IMG/VR virus record: IMGVR_UViG_2531839484_000009
Length of the DNA: 31,480 nucleotides
Source: a virus
Taxonomy: Duplodnaviria > Heunggongvirae > Uroviricota > Caudoviricetes
Direction: 5' to 3' (one strand)
The translations under genes were made by a program, and so were the position numbers. Every line of letters begins with the position of its first letter. Position 1 is the stretch's first letter. Of this stretch, positions 26,441 through 31,480 are shown piece by piece. The notes beneath the pieces were generated by a model. The model ran no database searches. It was not told the DNA's origin and saw only the letters and a list, made by a program, of their open reading frames with translations.

Positions 26441-27019
26441 ATGAACGCACAATTAACCGAAATCATGCGCCTTATCACCAACCTGATTCGCACAGGGGTA
26501 GTCACCGAAGTGGACAGGGAAAACTGGCTTTGCCGGGTGAAAACGGGCGAGCTTGAAACCAACTGGATCAGCTGGCTGACGCTGCGTGCCGGGAATGCCC
26601 GCACATGGTGGCGACCATCGGAAGGTGAGCAGGTGGTGCTGCTGAGTCTGGGCGGCAATCTGGAAACCGCCTTTGCGTTACCCGCCATCTATTCGAATCA
26701 GTTCGCGCCACCGTCGACGTCGGCGGACGCCTGCGTGACAGAACATCCTGACGGTGGCTGGTTTGAATACGAACCCGCCACCGGGCGCTGGTATGTCAGG
26801 GGCATCAAATCAATGGTCATTGAGGCAGCTGACAACATCACCATGAAAACCAGTGAGTTTGTACTGGAGGCTGACCGCACGCGCATTAACAGCGAAGTAG
26901 TGATCAATGGTGGCGTTACCCAGGGCGGCGGAGCGATGAGTTCTAACGGGATCGTGGTTGATGCGCATCAGCATACTGGCGTCCTGAAAGGCGGCGATAC
27001 AACCGGAGGCCCGGTATGA
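26441..27019 (+). CDS. V: Baseplate spike/assembly protein V (P2 gpV-like)
   Basis: 192 aa, first gene after the late-promoter box. Confidence 0.8.
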   Translation: MNAQLTEIMRLITNLIRTGVVTEVDRENWLCRVKTGELETNWISWLTLRAGNARTWWRPSEGEQVVLLSLGGNLETAFALPAIYSNQFAPPSTSADACVTEHPDGGWFEYEPATGRWYVRGIKSMVIEAADNITMKTSEFVLEADRTRINSEVVINGGVTQGGGAMSSNGIVVDAHQHTGVLKGGDTTGGPV

Positions 27020-27375
27020 CGCTTTATAGCGGGATGAACAATACCAGCGGCAAAGTCATTACTGATATTGACCATCTGCGCCAGTCGGTGCGGGACATTC
27101 TGCTGACGCCGCAGGGTAGCCGCATTGCTCGTCGTGAATATGGTTCCCTGCTGTCGTCGCTAATAGACCAGCCACAAAATCCGGCATTACGCCTGCAGGT
27201 CATGTCGGCAGTGTATGTGGCGCTGAGTCGCTGGGAGCCACGGATGGCACTGGATTCCATCACCATCAACAGCAATTTTGACGGTTCAATGGTGGTGGCG
27301 CTGAGCGGGCGGCGTAATAACGGTGTGCCTGTTTCCCTTTCCGTATCAACAGGAGCAGAGAATGGCAGTGATTGA
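27016..27375 (+). CDS. W: Baseplate protein W (P2 gpW-like)
   Basis: 119 aa; start overlaps the V stop. Confidence 0.8.
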   Translation: MTLYSGMNNTSGKVITDIDHLRQSVRDILLTPQGSRIARREYGSLLSSLIDQPQNPALRLQVMSAVYVALSRWEPRMALDSITINSNFDGSMVVALSGRRNNGVPVSLSVSTGAENGSD

Positions 27376-28270
27376 CCTTTCGCAGTTGCCTGCGCCGCAG
27401 ATTGTGGATGTGCCGGACTTTGAGACGCTGCTTGCCGAACGCAAGGCCGAATTTGTGGCGCTTCATCCGAAAGATGAGCAGGAAGCCGTGATGCGTACGC
27501 TGGAACTGGAATCTGAACCCGTCACCAAATTGTTGCAGGAGAACGCTTACCGTGAGTTGCTTCTGCGCCAGCGCATTAACGAAGCCGCGCAGGCGGTGAT
27601 GGTGGCTTATGCCATGGGAGGCGATCTGGATCAGCTCGCCGCCAACTATAACGTGAAACGCCTGACAGTGACGCCAGCTGATAATGACGCTGTGCCGCCA
27701 GTGGCGGCTGTGATGGAAAGCGATGAAGCGTTACGCCTGCGTGTGCCTGCAGCCTTTGAAGGGCTTTCGGTTGCGGGGCCAACTGCAGCTTATGAATTTC
27801 ATGCCCGAAGCGCCGACGGTCGGGTGGCGGATGCCAGTGCAACCAGCCCGGCACCTGCAGAGGTGGTGCTGACTGTCCTTAGCCGCGAAGGCGATGGAAC
27901 TGCAGAAAAAGACCTGCTGGATGTGGTGGAGAAAGCCCTGAACAGTGAGAACGTCCGCCCGGTGGCTGACCGTCTGACGGTTCGCAGCGCAGAAATCATC
28001 CCGTACCGCGTGGAAGCCACTATTTTTCTCTATCCGGGACCGGAAGCAGAGCCGGTAATGGCAGCGGCAAAAGCCAGCCTGCAGAAGTACATCGCCAGTC
28101 AGACGCGTCTTGGTCGGGATATTCGCCGTAGCGCCATCTTTGCCGCCCTGCATGTTGAGGGTGTGCAGCGTGTGGAGCTGGCTTCTCCTCTGGCGGATGT
28201 GGTCCTGAACAAAACACAGGCGGCATCATGTACGCAGTGGAGCGTGACCAACGGAGGAACGGATGAATAG
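27362..28270 (+). CDS. J: Baseplate protein J (P2 gpJ-like)
   Basis: 302 aa from ATG 27362 (AGGAG upstream); the 27323 extension is rejected. Confidence 0.8.
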   Translation: MAVIDLSQLPAPQIVDVPDFETLLAERKAEFVALHPKDEQEAVMRTLELESEPVTKLLQENAYRELLLRQRINEAAQAVMVAYAMGGDLDQLAANYNVKRLTVTPADNDAVPPVAAVMESDEALRLRVPAAFEGLSVAGPTAAYEFHARSADGRVADASATSPAPAEVVLTVLSREGDGTAEKDLLDVVEKALNSENVRPVADRLTVRSAEIIPYRVEATIFLYPGPEAEPVMAAAKASLQKYIASQTRLGRDIRRSAIFAALHVEGVQRVELASPLADVVLNKTQAASCTQWSVTNGGTDE

Positions 28271-28868
28271 TCTGCTGCCACAGGGTTCAACACCACTGGA
28301 GCGCCGACTGGCGCAAACCTGCAGCGGGATTTCTGATCTGCAGGTGCCGCTTCGTGACTTGTGGAATCCGGCAACCTGTCCGGTCAGTTTCCTGCCTTAT
28401 CTCGCCTGGGCGTTCTCTGTGGATCGCTGGGACGAGGGCTGGACAGAAAGCGTCAAGCGCCAGGTGGTGAAGGATGCTTTTTATATTCATCAGCATAAAG
28501 GGACCACCAGTGCCGTGCGGCGGGTGGTGGAGCCGTTCGGCTTTCTGATCCGCATTATTGAGTGGTGGCAGACCGGAGAGGCACCGGGCACGTTTCGCCT
28601 GGATATCGGCGTGCAGGACCATGGCATCACTGAAGATACCTATCTGGAACTTGAGCGACTGATAAGCGATGCCAAACCATGTAGCCGCCACATGATCGGC
28701 ATGTCCATCAATCTGCAGACCAGCGGCCCGCATTGGGTGGGAGCCGCCAGCTATCTTGGCGAAGAAATCACGATCTATCCGTATATCAACGAAACGATTA
28801 TTTCCGGTGGCACCGCGCATGAAGGCGGGGCGGTCCATGTTATTGACACAATGAGAGTGAATCCATGA
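28263..28868 (+). CDS. I: Baseplate/tail protein I (P2 gpI-like)
   Basis: 201 aa, overlaps J stop and H start. Confidence 0.75.
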   Translation: MNSLLPQGSTPLERRLAQTCSGISDLQVPLRDLWNPATCPVSFLPYLAWAFSVDRWDEGWTESVKRQVVKDAFYIHQHKGTTSAVRRVVEPFGFLIRIIEWWQTGEAPGTFRLDIGVQDHGITEDTYLELERLISDAKPCSRHMIGMSINLQTSGPHWVGAASYLGEEITIYPYINETIISGGTAHEGGAVHVIDTMRVNP

Positions 28869-30256
28869 GCACAAAATTTTATACCCTGCTGACGGATATT
28901 GGCGCGGCGAAACTTGCCAGCGCCGCCGCGCTCGGTGTGCCGCTAAAAATTACCCATATGGCGGTGGGCGATGGCGGCGGAGTATTGCCAACGCCGGACG
29001 CAAAGCAGACGGCACTGGTAAATGAGAAACGCCGGGCTGCGCTGAATATGCTTTATATCGACCCGCAGAACAGCAGCCAGATTATTGCTGAACAGGTGAT
29101 CCCTGAAAACGAGGGCGGTTGGTGGATACGTGAAGTGGGCCTGTTTGATGAGTCCGGGGCATTGATTGCCGTGGGAAACTGCCCGGAAAGCTATAAGCCG
29201 CAACTGGCTGAAGGCAGCGGGCGTACCCAGACCGTGCGCATGGTGCTGATTACCAGCAGCACGGACAATATCACCCTGAAAATCGACCCTGCTGTAGTGC
29301 TGGCAACCCGTAAATACGTGGATGATAAAGTCCTGGAATTAAAGCTGTATGTGGATGACCAGATGAGAAACCACATTGCCGCACAAGATCCTCATACCCA
29401 GTATGCGCAGAAACATAATCCGACATTTACCGGAGAACCAAAAGCGCCGACGCCTGCAGCAGGAAATAACACCACGCGGATTGCGACCACTGAGTTTGTT
29501 CAGGCCGCTATTACTGCTCTGATTAACGGTGCGCCAGCCACGCTGGACACACTGAAAGAAATTGCCGCAGCCATTAACAATGACCCGAAATTCAGTACCA
29601 CCATTAACAATGCGCTGGCACTAAAAGCACCGCTGTCGAGTCCGGCACTCACCGGAACGCCAACAGCACCTACTGCGGCACAGTCGGTCAACAATACACA
29701 GATTGCCACTACAGCTTTTGTGAAATCAGCGATTGCAGCAATGGTGGGTTCTGCACCTGCGGCACTGGATACACTGAACGAACTGGCGGCGGCACTGGGG
29801 AATGATCCGAACTTTGCCACGACAATGCTTAATGCGCTGGCAGGTAAACAACCGCTGGACAGTACGCTTACCAATTTGAGTGGAAAGGATGTAGCTGGTC
29901 TTCTCGCATACCTTGGTTTGGGAGAAGCCAGATATGTCATTCAGCGAGGAGCTAATGCCAATGGTGCATGGATACGCTGGTCAGATGGTGCAATAGAAGT
30001 ATTTGGAACCAGTGGATCTAATGATAATGGACTGGCTAAAGTTGTTTACCCAATTGCACTGCCTAAACTTTCACGTTTTATCAGTATCGCGGAAAGAATA
30101 AGAACGGATTACGAGAGCACACCTAATAATGTTCACGTTTCAATGATCGTGGATGATCAGGTAACAAATACCGGCTTTTATGCCCGCTGCCAGATGTACG
30201 ACGGCAGACCATCATCAAATGCTTTTTCCTGGAGGGTTTATTGTGCGCCTGTTTAA
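28865..30256 (+). CDS. H: Tail fibre protein H: conserved N-terminal region joined at an invertase crossover site to an AT-rich variable C-terminal domain
   Basis: N-terminus MSTKFYTLLTDIGAAKLASAAALGVPLKITHMAVGDGGG as in P2-family tail fibres; composition shifts after the crossover site at 29901-29926. Confidence 0.85.
   Translation: MSTKFYTLLTDIGAAKLASAAALGVPLKITHMAVGDGGGVLPTPDAKQTALVNEKRRAALNMLYIDPQNSSQIIAEQVIPENEGGWWIREVGLFDESGALIAVGNCPESYKPQLAEGSGRTQTVRMVLITSSTDNITLKIDPAVVLATRKYVDDKVLELKLYVDDQMRNHIAAQDPHTQYAQKHNPTFTGEPKAPTPAAGNNTTRIATTEFVQAAITALINGAPATLDTLKEIAAAINNDPKFSTTINNALALKAPLSSPALTGTPTAPTAAQSVNNTQIATTAFVKSAIAAMVGSAPAALDTLNELAAALGNDPNFATTMLNALAGKQPLDSTLTNLSGKDVAGLLAYLGLGEARYVIQRGANANGAWIRWSDGAIEVFGTSGSNDNGLAKVVYPIALPKLSRFISIAERIRTDYESTPNNVHVSMIVDDQVTNTGFYARCQMYDGRPSSNAFSWRVYCAPV
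29901..29926. repeat. 26-bp near-palindromic crossover site of the Gin/Hin/Cin/Pin DNA-invertase type, inside gene H
   Basis: TTCTCGCATACCTTGGTTTGGGAGAA: 20 of 26 matches to the recalled hix site TTATCAAAAACCTTGGTTTTCAAGAA; an inverted copy begins at 31467. Confidence 0.6.
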
Positions 30257-30440
30257 TCCAGTTACTTTGACTGAAGTAATCCCCGGTCTTCATGACGTGA
30301 CCGGGGCTATTGAATTACCGGAGGACAACTGGTTTTTTACTATGACAGAAATTCCTCAGGGCATGGAGCTAACAATTAATGAGAAAGGCGAACCAATACT
30401 AATTGAGGTTAATCAGTCTCAGGGAGTACAGGCCAAATAA
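30243..30440 (+). CDS. Short ORF downstream of H, possible truncated or minimal tail-fibre assembly chaperone
   Basis: GTG 30243 preceded by GGAGGG; 65 aa; lacks the conserved tail-fibre-assembly C-terminal domain; overlaps the convergent tfa gene by 32 bp. Confidence 0.3.
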   Translation: MRLFNPVTLTEVIPGLHDVTGAIELPEDNWFFTMTEIPQGMELTINEKGEPILIEVNQSQGVQAK

Positions 30441-31014
30441 TATCAGGCGCGGTGCTGGTATCTGTTGCCGTCACCGCGTCAGTGTAATCCAGCACAGCGT
30501 TAAGCCGGGTTGTTTCTGCCTGCGTCAGTTTCCGCCCGGCCTGTAATTTCAGCTGAATCAGACTAATGGAAGCCATTGCTGCATCAATCAGTGACTGACG
30601 CTGTGCTTCTGCCGCTTCTACTGCGGCACCGTGTTGTGCCTCAGTATCCGTCACCCATTTCTCACCATCCCATTTATCGTATGGCGTTAATGGGGCGATA
30701 GTGGTTGTATTATCAGGGTAATTACCCGGAGCTGTGATTTCTTTTGATTCTCCTGTTGCGGTGCTAAAGACGATTTCACCGCGATGGTCTGGCACATATT
30801 CCCATGAGTTAAAATCTGCAGAACGGCAGATTGCATAACCAGCTTTGTATGCGCCTGGAGCATCTAAACAGGAACATGCCGGAATGCCGACACCAACGGC
30901 AAGATATTCAGTCGATATGGAAATATATTCCCGTGTTTCACCATCATAATTATAGACAGTAATATTCCCCGCCTTCGTGGCAATAAACTCGCTATTTAAT
31001 ACAGTGCTATCCAT
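30409..31014 (-). CDS. Tail fibre assembly protein (Tfa / Mu U / P2 gpG family), inverted orientation
   Basis: C-terminal region RLNAVLDYTDAVTATDTSTAPDIIWPVLPE matches the conserved Tfa C-terminal pattern as recalled. Confidence 0.8.
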   Translation of the reverse strand: MDSTVLNSEFIATKAGNITVYNYDGETREYISISTEYLAVGVGIPACSCLDAPGAYKAGYAICRSADFNSWEYVPDHRGEIVFSTATGESKEITAPGNYPDNTTTIAPLTPYDKWDGEKWVTDTEAQHGAAVEAAEAQRQSLIDAAMASISLIQLKLQAGRKLTQAETTRLNAVLDYTDAVTATDTSTAPDIIWPVLPETD

Positions 31015-31480
31015 TATGCAGCCCTCACAATGTAGTTAAATGCGATGTTGCGTGGACGGACACCGAAATAAGAAGTAACACCATTCATTGTCAAATTTCC
31101 AGAGCCAAAAGCGGTAAAACCAGAACCAGCATTAACTGCCGAATCCGCGTTTCTGACAAAGTTTTTGGGAGGTGAACCGGAGACACCAGCCGAAATATCA
31201 TCAGCATTACCGCCATTGCCGTGGTGGTTAGTTATCTTTGTTTCCGCCTGCGCCGTCAACAAACCTCGTCCAGAGTCAACCCCGCGCCCGTCATCCCAGC
31301 CGCGAATAAACTCACCACGTAAATCAGGCAATTTATTTGTCGGATAAGCCTTTGCCAGTTCCGGGTATTCTTCAGCAGAAAAAGCCGCGCCGTTGCATTT
31401 CAGCCAGCCTGTTGGCGGAGTGGCGGAAGGCCATGGAACAGGGACACCAACGGGTAATGCAGAGCCTTCTCCCAAACCAA
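31014..31480 (-). CDS. Alternative tail-fibre variable C-terminal domain (H'v), inverted orientation; 5' end beyond window
   Basis: PVGVPVPWPS...PPTGWLKCNGAAFSAEEYPELAKAYP resembles P2 H / Mu S C-terminal domains; reading frame continues through the inverted crossover site at the window end, encoding LGLGE as in H. Confidence 0.75.
   Translation of the reverse strand, partial: GLGEGSALPVGVPVPWPSATPPTGWLKCNGAAFSAEEYPELAKAYPTNKLPDLRGEFIRGWDDGRGVDSGRGLLTAQAETKITNHHGNGGNADDISAGVSGSPPKNFVRNADSAVNAGSGFTAFGSGNLTMNGVTSYFGVRPRNIAFNYIVRAA
31467..31480. repeat. Right-hand inverted copy of the invertase crossover site (first 14 nt only; truncated by window end)
   Basis: TTCTCCCAAACCAA equals the start of the reverse complement of the 29901-29926 site. 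Confidence 0.55.

Larger units (their letters stand above)
5652..31480. mobile_element. 186/P2-family temperate prophage (partial, right end beyond window), int end abutting the ssrA att core
   Basis: Gene order int-cI-apl-cII-...-dam-A-tum/dinI-like-(cargo)-Q-P-O-N-M-L-X-lysis-R-S-V-W-J-I-H matches P2/186 synteny. Confidence 0.85.

Noticed and set aside
1-31480. CRISPR arrays, rRNA or complete tRNA genes
   Set aside because: No regularly spaced direct repeats and no rRNA- or tRNA-like sequence beyond the 45-bp ssrA fragment were seen.

Overview
The window spans the junction of two horizontally acquired elements at a tmRNA (ssrA) attachment site. Positions 1-5606 are the integrase-proximal end of an AT-rich genomic island: a cytoplasmic histidine-kinase-like gene, a receiver-domain gene with a large unrecognised C-terminal domain, a small membrane protein and a P4-type tyrosine integrase. 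Positions 5607-5651 are a 45-bp copy of the ssrA 3' end (att core), not a complete tmRNA gene. Positions 5652-31480 are most of a 186/P2-family temperate prophage: int, CI-type repressor, apl/cII early genes, TraR/DksA zinc-finger protein, Dam methylase, replication initiator A, an SOS (LexA-box) controlled tum/dinI-like locus, a cos-like element, the late genes Q and P (minus strand), O N M L X, a lysis cassette, R S V W J I H, and the start of an invertible tail-fibre segment cut by the window end. Two AT-rich cargo modules are the main candidates for undescribed systems: the kinase/receiver-effector pair (217-3685) and a split-Walker ABC/OLD-type ATPase with a translationally coupled unknown partner (14636-17615) wedged between the cos-like region and portal gene Q. 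A third AT-rich cargo gene (5768-6799) is translationally coupled to the prophage integrase. All product calls rest on motifs read by eye and on synteny with P2/186; no database search was run.
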